A stretch of 64,000 bases of DNA from a virus (lineage: Duplodnaviria; Caudoviricetes). The notes under the pieces are model-generated. The model saw only the letters and a list, made by a program, of their open reading frames with translations, searched no databases and was not told the origin of the DNA. The stretch is taken from positions 19,827 through 83,826 of the IMG/VR virus record IMGVR_UViG_3300009873_000004. One strand, 5' to 3'. The translations under genes were made by a program, and so were the position numbers. Shown here piece after piece: positions 1-9,472 of the stretch. How positions within the stretch are numbered: the stretch's first letter is position 1; each line of letters starts with the position of its first letter.

Positions 1-1
1 C

Positions 2-2749
2 CCCATACGCCCAGGCCGTGCCCCACACCTGGCCTTGCAAGACTGCCAAGCCGTAGAGCGGAGCCTGGGTGTGAGCCAGCCCGCGCCCTTGCGCCATCAA
101 AGCGCCCGTTGCGCTCGGAGCCGCCAGGGCCAGGGCACTTCCAGCCGCCTGTCCATTCAAGGCCAGCCGCGCCAGCAGCCCGCCGTAAGCCAGGGCGTAG
201 CTGCGAGCCAGGCCCGAGAGCGCCCCTTCCGTCAGGCCCTGGGCCAGGGCCAGCGCCAGGGCGTAGCCCCGCGCCTGACCGGCCAGCGAGCCCAGGGCCT
301 GCGGGCTGGCCTGCGCCCAGGACAATCCGCTGGCCTGGGCTTGCAGACTGCCCAGGCCGCTGGCCTGCGCCAGCGCCAGGCTGATTCCAACGGCCCGGCC
401 GGAAATGGATCCCAGGGCCAGGCCTTGCACCAATCCGAAGGCCAGCGCCTCGCCAAAAGCCTGGCCGCTCAGGGCTCCCAACCCAGCCAGGTTGCCAAAG
501 GCCAGCGCCACCGCCCGCGACTGGCCGTTCAGGGCCAGCGAGCCGCTCAGGGTGCCCAGGACCCAGGCTTCCCCGAAGGCCCGGCTGGACAGGCTGCCGA
601 TCGCGCTGGGAAGCCCTACAGCCTGCCCATTCCCGTAGGCCCGAGCATTTAGGCTCACCAGCCCCGAAAGGCCCCCCAGCGCCGCGCCTGTGCCCCTGGC
701 CTGCCCATTTAGGGCCAGGTTGCCCAGCAGGTTTGCCAGCGCTCGGGCTGAGCCCCAGGCCAGCCCGGACAGCGCTCCCTCGACCAGGCCCTGCGCCAGG
801 CCGTAAGCCGCCGCCACGCCTCGCGCCTGGGCGCTGAGCGCTCCCATTCCAGTTAGAGCGCCCTGTCCCTGGGCCGTGCCATAGCTCTGGGCATTTAGCG
901 CCAGGTCGGCCAGCAGGTCGGCCAGGATGTAGGCGCTGCCCCGCGCCTGAGCATTCAGGGCACCACTGCCGGTGAGTGCGCCCTGGGAAAAAGTGGATCC
1001 AGCCGCCTGCCCGGACAACGCTCCGGGTGAGTTGATCTGGGTCAGGGTCCAGGCGCTACCGATCACCCGGCCAAACAACGCGCCCAGTCCGGCCAGAGCG
1101 CCCTGCCCCTGGCTGCTGCCCCGCGCCCGGCCTACCAACCCGGTCGTGACTTCAACATCGAACGAGCGCGTGGCCGACCAGGAGCCGTAAGTGTTGGAGC
1201 CGGACGGGTCGATGCCGCGCACCCGCCAGAAGTACAGCCCGTCGTCCAGGGCATCCCCGGCCTGGACCGTAAAGCTCACCTGTTGCCCGCTGGCAAACGG
1301 ATCGCTGTTGTCCGGCGAGCCCGAGAAGCCGCTGTCGGTGCCCGAGACCTTGTCCAGCAACAGGCCTTCTTCGTAGACTCGGAACTTCAGGTCGTACTGC
1401 GGCTGGGCTCCGTTGTTGGCCGGTTGCGCTCCGTCGTTGTAAAGATTGCCATTGTGCGCCGAGCCGGAAGTCAGGGCGTCGGCGTCAATCGCAATCGAGT
1501 TTTCGAAGGTGCGATCAGTTGGAACCCAGTCGATGACCAGCACATATTTCTCGCCCGCCGTCAACCGCACCCGGTTGGCCCCGGAAAAGTCCAGGGTGCG
1601 CCAGTCCTTTCCCGATACCCCCGGTGCGAACGGCAAGGCATCGGAGATCGCCAGCCAGCCGGGCGTGGGCGTGTCGGCCGGGAGCGCGGCGTTTAGGGGC
1701 TCGGAACTGGTGCCGAATGTTCCATCATGCGTATAGATCCGGCAGTAAGCGCTGCCGCTGGTGGCCGCAGGCGTGCTCTCGTGCGCTCCAAAGAAGACCT
1801 CGACGCTGTCGATAAGGCCGCCATTGGCCGTAAAGCTCTGGCCGGGTCGGTCATCTATCTGGATGTTGCCATTCCAGGCCGTGGCAGAAGCATCCGGGTT
1901 AGGGTGCATGACCACCCCGGAGGCCGTCTCCAGTTTGTCCTGGAGTGCCACCCCGGAGGTGAAGTCCGAGCTATCGCTGATCTGGATGTTGTAACGGACA
2001 TCATCGCCATCCGGATCCGTGCCGGTAAACGCCAGCGTCGGCGTTTCGTCGTTGAAGACCGTCTCGTCGGCCGTGTCCTGGGCCACGGTCGGCGGATCGC
2101 CCGCGTCCGCCTCGTAGTACACCGCGACCGCAAAGCCAAAGGTCGTGCTTTGACCTGTGGCGCTGCGGTTCCAGCCGACTGTTTCGGACGTACCATCGGC
2201 AATCAGGTAGCCGGTTCCGGCAACGTTGCCGCCCTGGTCCCAATCATCCAGAACGGACAGGTTATCGCCAGCCGCCACGTTGTTGTCCTGGCTGGCGTAG
2301 CCGCCGATGACCAGCGCCCCGATGACAGTCGTGACGGTAACAGTCGTCGGATCACTATTGGCGCTGGAACTGTCGTTGTCGAGCAGGTCTAGAGCGGCAT
2401 CGCTCTCCGAGTAGGAAACAGCGATGTTTAAGATCAGCGCACCGGTGGTCGTCCCGTTGCCACTGAAGTTCACTACCACGTCATACGTGCCAGACGGCGG
2501 ATCGTACAGCCGCCAGGTGTCACTGAATGGCGCGGTATCGCCCGAAGTGGCGTCCCGCGTCATGTTGTTGCCGTCCGCCGTGACGCTGGTTGGATCGCCA
2601 CCCGCGCCCTGAACGGAGATTACATTGACGAAGACATTCAAAATACCATGCGCCATCGAGGGGACGGTAACAGAGATCGTCCGCTGGATGGTGATGACAT
2701 TCGAAATGTCAACGGCCGTAGCCGCCTGGGTCGGCGGGTCGATCGCCAT
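2..2749 (-). CDS. Large virion structural/fibre protein, 3'-partial (>=916 aa): S/T/D-rich beta domains, FN3/Ig-like module, then G/A/L-rich 20-aa repeats
   Basis: Hand-translated from ATG 2749 (MAIDPPTQAATAVDIS...) with no stop to the window edge, so absent from the ORF track. FN3-like motifs PTLAFTGTDPDGDDVRYNIQIS and DGLYFWRVRGIDPSGSNTYGSWS. Lies downstream of the capsid gene. Confidence 0.75.
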   Translation of the reverse strand, partial: MAIDPPTQAATAVDISNVITIQRTISVTVPSMAHGILNVFVNVISVQGAGGDPTSVTADGNNMTRDATSGDTAPFSDTWRLYDPPSGTYDVVVNFSGNGTTTGALILNIAVSYSESDAALDLLDNDSSSANSDPTTVTVTTVIGALVIGGYASQDNNVAAGDNLSVLDDWDQGGNVAGTGYLIADGTSETVGWNRSATGQSTTFGFAVAVYYEADAGDPPTVAQDTADETVFNDETPTLAFTGTDPDGDDVRYNIQISDSSDFTSGVALQDKLETASGVVMHPNPDASATAWNGNIQIDDRPGQSFTANGGLIDSVEVFFGAHESTPAATSGSAYCRIYTHDGTFGTSSEPLNAALPADTPTPGWLAISDALPFAPGVSGKDWRTLDFSGANRVRLTAGEKYVLVIDWVPTDRTFENSIAIDADALTSGSAHNGNLYNDGAQPANNGAQPQYDLKFRVYEEGLLLDKVSGTDSGFSGSPDNSDPFASGQQVSFTVQAGDALDDGLYFWRVRGIDPSGSNTYGSWSATRSFDVEVTTGLVGRARGSSQGQGALAGLGALFGRVIGSAWTLTQINSPGALSGQAAGSTFSQGALTGSGALNAQARGSAYILADLLADLALNAQSYGTAQGQGALTGMGALSAQARGVAAAYGLAQGLVEGALSGLAWGSARALANLLGNLALNGQARGTGAALGGLSGLVSLNARAYGNGQAVGLPSAIGSLSSRAFGEAWVLGTLSGSLALNGQSRAVALAFGNLAGLGALSGQAFGEALAFGLVQGLALGSISGRAVGISLALAQASGLGSLQAQASGLSWAQASPQALGSLAGQARGYALALALAQGLTEGALSGLARSYALAYGGLLARLALNGQAAGSALALAAPSATGALMAQGRGLAHTQAPLYGLAVLQGQVWGTAWAYG

Positions 2750-2761
2750 GCGACCTGCCGG

Positions 2762-3457
2762 TTAGTCTTCCTGGATCACCAGCGCCCCGATGGCGAACTC
2801 GGGTGTCACGTTCTGGCTGATCGACAGCGTGCGAGCCTCATACGCCACCCCGTCGCCGACCGCCGAGATGTTGACCGCGCCGCCGCCCTGGGTTTCTGAG
2901 ACGGTGATGTCATCGCCGGAGACCGTGATCACCCAGTACAGGGTGCCCTCGGTGATGCCGGTCGGGAGCGAAGAGCCAAAGGCCGGGTAGAAAGCCACCC
3001 GCTCGTCGACCGCCAGGGTGTGGCCCGGAATGGTGATCGTGTCGTCGGTCTTGGCCGTGAAGGGTCCCTGGCAGACGGTGCCCAGGGGTCCCTTGTAGAG
3101 CACCATGCCCGCGCCCGATCCGGCCGTGCCCAGCGCCCAGTGAGTCGCCACCTGGGCCGCCCCGGCGTCGGTGCGCTGGGGGAAGGTGATGGCCGCCGCA
3201 TTGGAGACCTGGTTGGACGAGACCGTCCAGCCGGAGGCCGTGCGCACGATCCCACGCCGGACGTAAGGCGTGTAGGTGACTTCGTTGGTGGTCTGATCGC
3301 CGGTCTCGCCCACCTCGCCGGTATGCAGCGAGCAGTAGAGCGAGCCGCCTGTGGCCGAGGGCTGGAGGCCGGACGAGTCGCCGATCAGGCCGATGGCCTC
3401 GTTCAGAAAGATCAGGTCCAGGAGTTCGTTCTCAAAAACGTCGCTCTTAGACGACAT
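2762..3457 (-). CDS. Phage tail-fibre/structural protein (Gp80-like family) with an inserted domain
   Basis: Family-typical motifs FENELLDLIF, LYCSLHTG, Y.R..I.R...GW, N..AITFP, THWALG; inserted LPTGITEGTLYWV domain. Confidence 0.7.
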   Translation of the reverse strand: MSSKSDVFENELLDLIFLNEAIGLIGDSSGLQPSATGGSLYCSLHTGEVGETGDQTTNEVTYTPYVRRGIVRTASGWTVSSNQVSNAAAITFPQRTDAGAAQVATHWALGTAGSGAGMVLYKGPLGTVCQGPFTAKTDDTITIPGHTLAVDERVAFYPAFGSSLPTGITEGTLYWVITVSGDDITVSETQGGGAVNISAVGDGVAYEARTLSISQNVTPEFAIGALVIQED

Positions 3458-3467
3458 GGGTTACTCC

Positions 3468-4049
3468 TTAGTTCGGCAGCCGGTCGATCCGCGCCAGTTC
3501 CTTCTGGACCAGTTCGATCACGCTGCGCCGGGCCTGCCAGCGCTTCTCCAGATCGAGCAGGGCGTGCAGAAACGGCCGGTGGGTCTCGCGCAGGTAAGCG
3601 ACCGTGACGCGGGTGTTGTCGGTGCGCGGCTGGCCGTTGTCATTGACCAACTGGCCGATAGTGATCATCGCCTTCTGCTGGGGGTTGAGTTCTTTGGCCT
3701 CGACCGAGCACAGGTGGTAGACGAACTGGCGCTGGTCGGGCTTGAGCAGGTTGTCCCACTTCTGGGCGATCGCCAGGTCGCGCTCGACGGGCGGCTCGGT
3801 CGCCCGAGCGCCCTCGAACTTGCCGGTCTTCAGATCGCGCCGGAAGATTCCGTGCTGCTCGTAAACCGGATGAACCTCCACCCAGCGGTTGGGCGGCAGG
3901 ATCAGATCGGGTACGTCTTCCTTGGGCCGGGGGCTGGGATAAGCCAGCGTCCCCGGCCCAGGATTGCGCACGTACAGCCGCTCATTACCGGGCGCGAGCA
4001 GCGCTTCAGCGGCAGCCGCCGCTGCTTTGGTAGCCGATTTGGTTGGCAT
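3468..4049 (-). CDS. Hypothetical head-associated protein
   Basis: SD (AGGAG) before ATG; immediately downstream of the major capsid gene. Confidence 0.6.
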   Translation of the reverse strand: MPTKSATKAAAAAAEALLAPGNERLYVRNPGPGTLAYPSPRPKEDVPDLILPPNRWVEVHPVYEQHGIFRRDLKTGKFEGARATEPPVERDLAIAQKWDNLLKPDQRQFVYHLCSVEAKELNPQQKAMITIGQLVNDNGQPRTDNTRVTVAYLRETHRPFLHALLDLEKRWQARRSVIELVQKELARIDRLPN

Positions 4050-4064
4050 GCCTGATCTCCTAAG

Positions 4065-4078
4065 TTCCAGATTTGGAA
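4065..4078. promoter_or_regulatory. 14-bp palindromic operator-like site TTCCAGATTTGGAA
   Basis: Intergenic between capsid stop and next SD; one of 8 near-identical copies. Confidence 0.6.
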
Positions 4079-4083
4079 GCCGG

Positions 4084-5046
4084 TTAGCTGATGCGGATGC
4101 GGGCCAGGGTCAGCGCCGAGCCGACGTAGTACGAGTGCTCGGCATCGCGGATGGCGTGCAGGTCGACGCCCTTGGTGATGTCGACATCGCTGGCGACGTT
4201 CACCGAGCCCTTGGTCAGGTGCCAGCCGACCATGTCGGCCGGTCCCGCAAACAGCACCTCGTTGGTCGGGAAGTTCGGGTTGGTGAACCAGTCCACCCCG
4301 CCATAGTTCATCAGAATCAGGGTCCGCAGCAGTTGGCGGGCCTCTTCGGGCGGCAGTTGGAAGTTGGTGCCGCCCCAGTTGAAGTCGCCCATCGCCATCA
4401 GCGTGGCGGGGTTCGCCAGGGCGCGAGTGACCGGATAGCCGATCTCGGCCTGGTCCTTGAGCACCGTGTCGACGATGGTCTTGGACAGGTTGGTCGCCAC
4501 CAGGTACTCGTGCGACGGCAGGATGGCCGCCCGCAGGGTGTTGCCCGCCAGTTCATCGCGCTTGCGGGCGAGTTCGGCCGTGGCGTATTCCATCTGCCGC
4601 GCCAGGTAGTTCCAGCCCGCCCGGCGCAGGGCCTTCCACGGCACTTCGACGCCAGTGTCGAAGGTCACGAACTCCGGCCGGACCCAGGAGAAGCCCGAGC
4701 GGACGTACATGATCTCGGAGTCTTCGTGGGTCTGGAAGGCCAGGGCGACGATGTCCTCGACCGGGATGGTGGCGTCTTCCAACTCGCCCACGTTCCAGGG
4801 CTGGTAGAAGACGTCATACATCTCCTGGTAGGGGATGATCTGCCGGATCGGATCCACAAACTGCTGGGCCAGCAGTTCATGGTCTTCCCGCGAGCCCGAG
4901 CGCGACAATTCCGCCAGGAAGGCGTCCATGTCGGCCTGGTTGATGCTGTCGCGGGAAGCGGTCAACTGGTTGCCCGCCAGGTCGTGCGTCCCGACCGTGT
5001 AGCGGCGGTTCTTGAAGTCGTAACCAACGCAGTCTTTGAGAAGCAT
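4084..5046 (-). CDS. Major capsid protein (probable HK97 fold)
   Basis: 320 aa; position after protease/scaffold and decoration gene; capsid-like composition and E-loop/P-domain-like pattern. Confidence 0.7.
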   Translation of the reverse strand: MLLKDCVGYDFKNRRYTVGTHDLAGNQLTASRDSINQADMDAFLAELSRSGSREDHELLAQQFVDPIRQIIPYQEMYDVFYQPWNVGELEDATIPVEDIVALAFQTHEDSEIMYVRSGFSWVRPEFVTFDTGVEVPWKALRRAGWNYLARQMEYATAELARKRDELAGNTLRAAILPSHEYLVATNLSKTIVDTVLKDQAEIGYPVTRALANPATLMAMGDFNWGGTNFQLPPEEARQLLRTLILMNYGGVDWFTNPNFPTNEVLFAGPADMVGWHLTKGSVNVASDVDITKGVDLHAIRDAEHSYYVGSALTLARIRIS

Positions 5047-5069
5047 GCTCAGGTCCTCCTGCCGGTTGG

Positions 5070-5534
5070 TTACGGCTCAAAGTGGAACATGACGACCGCC
5101 AGCGATTGCAGAGCTCCGGTTCCACCGACCGGCTCCGTGCGCTTGACGGTCTGGACGTAGGTGCCAACCTTGTTGGCCGTAACGTTGGTCGTCCACTTGC
5201 CTGACTGGCTGGCGTAGATCGCCGTGCCGGGGGTGGACGGCAGCGCCGCTTCGTCGAAGAAGTCGACGCTCATGGCGGCAAAGCCCTGCCCGGTGACGAG
5301 CACGACCTCTTCGCCCGAGTCGTAGGTCTGGCTCGCCGGGCGGTACTCGCGGTAGCGCAGGCCGAACAGGAAGCCGAAGGGCTTGGTGGCAGCCGCCGAC
5401 CCGGAGGTCGTGACCGTCGAGCCGGAGGTGTCCAGCTTCGCCATCAACCCCTGGTAGTAGCCCGAGGTCGAGGTCTTCAGCCCCTTGCCGTAGCGGATCC
5501 CCCCATTCATCAGTTGAAAGACTTTAGCGGCCAT
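5070..5534 (-). CDS. Head decoration/cement protein
   Basis: 154 aa, G/T/S-rich beta protein between scaffold and capsid genes; PGTAIYASQSGKWT motif typical of decoration proteins. Confidence 0.55.
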   Translation of the reverse strand: MAAKVFQLMNGGIRYGKGLKTSTSGYYQGLMAKLDTSGSTVTTSGSAAATKPFGFLFGLRYREYRPASQTYDSGEEVVLVTGQGFAAMSVDFFDEAALPSTPGTAIYASQSGKWTTNVTANKVGTYVQTVKRTEPVGGTGALQSLAVVMFHFEP

Positions 5535-5549
5535 TCTTCATTCTCCCGT

Positions 5550-6791
5550 TTAGCGCAGGCTGATCTTGCGAGCGCCGTTCTGAGGTGCGCCAGCGTCGGG
5601 TTCTGGCAGGCCACCCCGCAGTCCCCCGCCCAATTGCACCCGCGAGCGCCTGCCCTCTTCCAGGGAGGCCACCACGGTATTGAAAGCGTCGTCATCGAGG
5701 CCCAGCAGGGTGTCCTGCTTCTCGGCCGCGACCAGATCCTTGAGCCGAGTCTTGCGCTCGGTCTGCTTGCGCTCGGCCTCGGTCTTCTCGGCCTGGGCGA
5801 TCTTGGCTTCAGCCGCCGTCAGCGCCTCGGCCTTGGCCGTCAGGTCGGCCTCCGCCTGAGCCCTGGCGGCTTCGAGCGTGGTCTTCTCCTGGGTCAGCGT
5901 CTCGACCTGCGCTTCCAGGGTGGCGGTCTTTTCCTCGGCCGCCGTCTTGGCCTTAAGGGCCTCGTTCAAGTCGGCCAGCAGGGCAGCCGCGCTCATCGAC
6001 CGGCCGCACTTGCCGCACTTATCGCCCTCGCCCTCGGCACCACAATGGGGGCATTTGTGCATCGGTTCCTCCTCTTCAGCTTCAGCATGGTTGGCGACGA
6101 AGTACATCTGGTTGCGATCGAAAACGGTGTCGCTGCCAGCCGGATTGCGGACAATGCCCGCGCCCTTGCCGCGCAGCCCCCGCAGTTGGCGGCGGGCACC
6201 GGATTTCTTCTTGGAACGGAGATGCTCGCAGTAGTCGCGGCGGGCCGTAAAGGCGTTGCCGCAAGCCGAGCAGGTAACGGTGGTGGCGTCGGCTTCGACC
6301 GAGAGCTTGTGGGTCCCGGCCTGCACCCCGGCGATCTCGTCTGGGTAGCGGTCAACCCACAGCAGGCCGTCAATGGCGAGGGACTTCTTGCCTTTGAAGG
6401 TGACGGCGCGAGCGGCCGAGACGAACCCGGCGTTTTCCTGCTGGTGATGCTCGATGTCGATTGCCCGGCCGACGATAGTGGTCGCCAGTTCCTCGATCCC
6501 GTCGTCGAAGATCTCGTCGTTGTTGCGGTTGGTCTCGACGTGGCACAGAATGGCGTTCTTGAAATGCAGCAGATCGCCGTCTTCCGTGGCCTGAAGAGTC
6601 AGATCGAGGGTGCCGTTGACTTGCGCGAAGGAGAGAAGATCGGAGAGGTCGGCCGCTTCCAGTTCGCCCTTGTTGAGCATGTCCTGGCCGATGGCCCAGG
6701 CCCGATCGCGGCGCTCAGAATCAGGAAGATCCGGATAGAAATCCGGATCCGCGAGTCGGCTCTGGACGAATCGTTCGACAACCTTTGGCAC
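5550..6791 (-). CDS. Prohead maturation protease fused to coiled-coil scaffold
   Basis: N.N.D.F, IDIEH (catalytic His-like), LSVEA (catalytic Ser-like), CSACG...YCEHL zinc motif, A/E/K-rich coiled-coil C-terminus. Confidence 0.75.
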   Translation of the reverse strand: MPKVVERFVQSRLADPDFYPDLPDSERRDRAWAIGQDMLNKGELEAADLSDLLSFAQVNGTLDLTLQATEDGDLLHFKNAILCHVETNRNNDEIFDDGIEELATTIVGRAIDIEHHQQENAGFVSAARAVTFKGKKSLAIDGLLWVDRYPDEIAGVQAGTHKLSVEADATTVTCSACGNAFTARRDYCEHLRSKKKSGARRQLRGLRGKGAGIVRNPAGSDTVFDRNQMYFVANHAEAEEEEPMHKCPHCGAEGEGDKCGKCGRSMSAAALLADLNEALKAKTAAEEKTATLEAQVETLTQEKTTLEAARAQAEADLTAKAEALTAAEAKIAQAEKTEAERKQTERKTRLKDLVAAEKQDTLLGLDDDAFNTVVASLEEGRRSRVQLGGGLRGGLPEPDAGAPQNGARKISLR

Positions 6792-6819
6792 TCAGCCCGT
6801 TGGACGCCAGGCTGCAAAT

Positions 6820-6856
6820 AAAAAAAGAGAGCGGGGGCTTTATGCGCCCTGCTCTC
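6820..6856 (-). terminator. Intrinsic terminator upstream of the protease/capsid operon
   Basis: GAGAGC-(inner GC stem)-GCTCTC hairpin followed by T7 on the minus strand. Confidence 0.7.
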
Positions 6857-6896
6857 CTGGAAAAAACGACCCTAAATTCGTGATGCGCTTGCGCAC

Positions 6897-6924
6897 ATCA
6901 TAACCAAATTTTGGGCTATGTCAA
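6897..6924 (-). promoter_or_regulatory. Sigma70-type promoter TTGACA-16-TATGAT
   Basis: Consensus -35 and near-consensus -10 directly after the last glycosyltransferase stop. Confidence 0.6.
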
Positions 6925-6927
6925 GCG

Positions 6928-7929
6928 TTAGCTTTCTGTCAACACCTTCTCCAGCCGGGTGATGACCTCCGGCCAGCGATAGCGAGCGGCCGTGTCCGGC
7001 CCGGTTTTGGCGAACTTCTGGCGCAGATCGCGGTCGTGGTTGAGCCGTTCCAGCGCCTTGACCAGCCCGAGCGCGTCATCGGCCACCAGGCAGTTTTCCT
7101 CCGGCTGGAGGTACTCATGGTTGCCATGGCTGTCAGTCGTGACGACCGGCGTGCCGCAGGCCATGGCCTCTAGCGCGGTCAGGTTGAAGCCCTCGTGCTG
7201 GGAGGTGGACAGGAAGGCCTGGCAGCTTTGATAGAGCTTGAGCACCGCGTCGTCGGGCGGGCGCGAGAAGTGCTGGGAGACCGGCACGATCATGGGCAGT
7301 TTCTTGTCCAGCCCGTAGGTGATGATCTTGCCCCCGCTCTGGGTGATGTAGCGGATGCACTCGCACAGCAGGTCCCAGCCCTTGAGAGCCTGCATCCGGG
7401 CGCAGGCCAGGAAGACTCCGCCATGACGCTTGTCCTTCTTGGGAGGCCGCCAATCATTCCCCAGCCCGATGCCGATGTGCAGGGTGCCCGGCAGTTGCGC
7501 TTCCACCCAGCGGCTGGTCGTCACCTGAAGCAGGCCCATCTCATACGTCTGCATGACCTGCTTGGCCCACACCGGCTGGGAAGTGTACGACGTCTCCACG
7601 TCCTGGATCAGATAGACGCCCTCGTCCTGCTGGGCGGCCTGGTCGACGATGTAGGCCGTGCGCCAGTAGGTCGCCATCTTCCAGCCGCGCTGCTTTTGAA
7701 GCAGCACCCCCAGCGGCTGGTAGTCAGCGATCGTGCCGGTCTTGAAGAAGTCGACCCACTTGACCTGCGGGTCGAGCTTGAACCAGTCGGTCAGGGTCTC
7801 GCGCTTATTGACCGACCAGATCGTCACCGGCCACTCACGCCGCGACAGGCGATTGGCGATCTCGCCCACCACCCGCACGCCCCCGGCCAGGCTGCCGGTC
7901 TCCAGGACGATGTGGACCGGGCGCTTCAC
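6928..7929 (-). CDS. Glycosyltransferase, GT-B fold (family 4-like)
   Basis: GGVRVVGEIAN N-terminus; STSQHEGFNLTALEAMACGTPVV (EX7E) motif. Confidence 0.9.
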   Translation of the reverse strand: MKRPVHIVLETGSLAGGVRVVGEIANRLSRREWPVTIWSVNKRETLTDWFKLDPQVKWVDFFKTGTIADYQPLGVLLQKQRGWKMATYWRTAYIVDQAAQQDEGVYLIQDVETSYTSQPVWAKQVMQTYEMGLLQVTTSRWVEAQLPGTLHIGIGLGNDWRPPKKDKRHGGVFLACARMQALKGWDLLCECIRYITQSGGKIITYGLDKKLPMIVPVSQHFSRPPDDAVLKLYQSCQAFLSTSQHEGFNLTALEAMACGTPVVTTDSHGNHEYLQPEENCLVADDALGLVKALERLNHDRDLRQKFAKTGPDTAARYRWPEVITRLEKVLTES

Positions 7930-8765
7930 GCCGCCACCTGTTCGTCAAAGGCCCGCTGGCGCTCCAGGGCAGCCTGGATGTAATCGGTCATGTAGCGCGG
8001 GTGGGTGCCGCTGAAAGGCTGGAACTCTCCCCGGCTGGCGGCCACGTCGAAGACGCGCATGTAGTCGAGATACCCCTGCTCCCACTGGGCCTTGACCTTG
8101 GGATCGGGGAAGCCCAGTTCGGTGTAAAGCTCCTGGAAGGAGCGCTCCTTCTCCAGCGCCTCGGGCATGCGCCCGGTGTGGACCTTGCCGTAGTGCATGA
8201 TTTGCAGGCGGGTCTGCCATTCGGCCCCGCCGCCCAGGGCGCAGGCATCCCCGCCCTTGCCGGTGTCATAGCGCAGCCCGGCGTGCGTGCGCGAGAGCAC
8301 CGCCTTGGAGTCATAGATAAACGGGAAGGTGGTCCCAAAGTCCGGGCAGAAGTGAGTGTAGGTTGGCCGCCCGAGCGGCACCCGCCGCAGGGCCATCGAG
8401 CCCAGGTCGTGCCGGAAGGCTTCGAAGCTGGCTTCGTGGATGACCTCGTCGGCGTCGAGCTTGAGCGCGAACTCATAGCGCGTGCCGATCTCGTTCAGCA
8501 GGAAGTTGCAGATGTAGGCCTGGATGGTGTGGTGGTCGCCCCAGGGATGGCGGCGCAGGTTGAGTTCGCCGTTGGCGATCTCGCGGTTGAAGCGGGTGGT
8601 GATGCGCAGCAGCGAGTCGTCAATGCTGTCGCACTCGCCGTAGTAGACCGCCCCCTGCCCGTTCACAAAGCGCGTCAGGTCCAGGGCGCTCTCGATCGAC
8701 TCCAGATAGGGATAGCGGATCTTCTCAAGGTTGTGCCCGAACAGGTAAACCGCAAGCGTGTCCAT
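7926..8765 (-). CDS. Glycosyltransferase, GT-A fold (family 2-like, divergent)
   Basis: YP..ESIES, EC.S.D.S and ALKLDADE (DxD) motifs; IMHYG. Confidence 0.7.
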   Translation of the reverse strand: MDTLAVYLFGHNLEKIRYPYLESIESALDLTRFVNGQGAVYYGECDSIDDSLLRITTRFNREIANGELNLRRHPWGDHHTIQAYICNFLLNEIGTRYEFALKLDADEVIHEASFEAFRHDLGSMALRRVPLGRPTYTHFCPDFGTTFPFIYDSKAVLSRTHAGLRYDTGKGGDACALGGGAEWQTRLQIMHYGKVHTGRMPEALEKERSFQELYTELGFPDPKVKAQWEQGYLDYMRVFDVAASRGEFQPFSGTHPRYMTDYIQAALERQRAFDEQVAA

Positions 8766-8767
8766 GC

Positions 8768-9472
8768 CTATTCTCCTGGTCCGGTGAAGATGAGCGGGCG
8801 AACGTAATCGGGCAAGGGCTTGATAATTCCGAGCTTGTGGGCGTTCTCTACCCGACCGATGTACTCATGCCAGGGTCCGATCCCGATCTCGCCCTGGTGA
8901 ACCTGATAGCGCCAGCCCTTGGCGATCAACTTCTCGCGAGAGGCGCAGGAGGTGTGGTCGAAGAAGTACACCCCCTGAGCCAGCATCTTGATCCTGAGCT
9001 TCTCAGCCTGTGGCTCGGTATGCACTCGCTGGGAAAAATGGACGCCCGGCAGGCGCTTGAAGAGCCGCTGGGCCGGTCCTTCGCCTCCGGCGTGGTGATA
9101 GCGGTCCAGGATAGTCGACCACTTCAAGAACTCCCAGATGTGCCCGTCGCGCCAGTTGGAGGTGCGCAGCCACTCGGCGAAGTTGCTGGTGAAGGTCTCG
9201 TCAGCGTCCAGGTAAAGGATCCATTCTGAGGTGAGCGGCTCAAGAGCCAGATTGCGAAGTTTTCCGTGATGGCTATGACGATGCTCGTGCTGTAGCACGA
9301 TGTTGAGTCGGGATCGAAATGACTCAACAATGGCAAGAGAAGCATCGGTGCTCCCATTATCGACGATCGAGAGGGTGCCCAGCAGGTCGCCCAAGGAGCA
9401 GAAGCTCTCCAGGGCGTAGGGCAGCAGTTCTTCTTCGTTGAGCAGGATCAGGAAGGCATCCAGCAGGCTCAT
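8768..9472 (-). CDS. Glycosyltransferase family 2
   Basis: LNEEELLPYALES, IVDNGSTDAS, EWILYLDADE. Confidence 0.9.
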   Translation of the reverse strand: MSLLDAFLILLNEEELLPYALESFCSLGDLLGTLSIVDNGSTDASLAIVESFRSRLNIVLQHEHRHSHHGKLRNLALEPLTSEWILYLDADETFTSNFAEWLRTSNWRDGHIWEFLKWSTILDRYHHAGGEGPAQRLFKRLPGVHFSQRVHTEPQAEKLRIKMLAQGVYFFDHTSCASREKLIAKGWRYQVHQGEIGIGPWHEYIGRVENAHKLGIIKPLPDYVRPLIFTGPGE

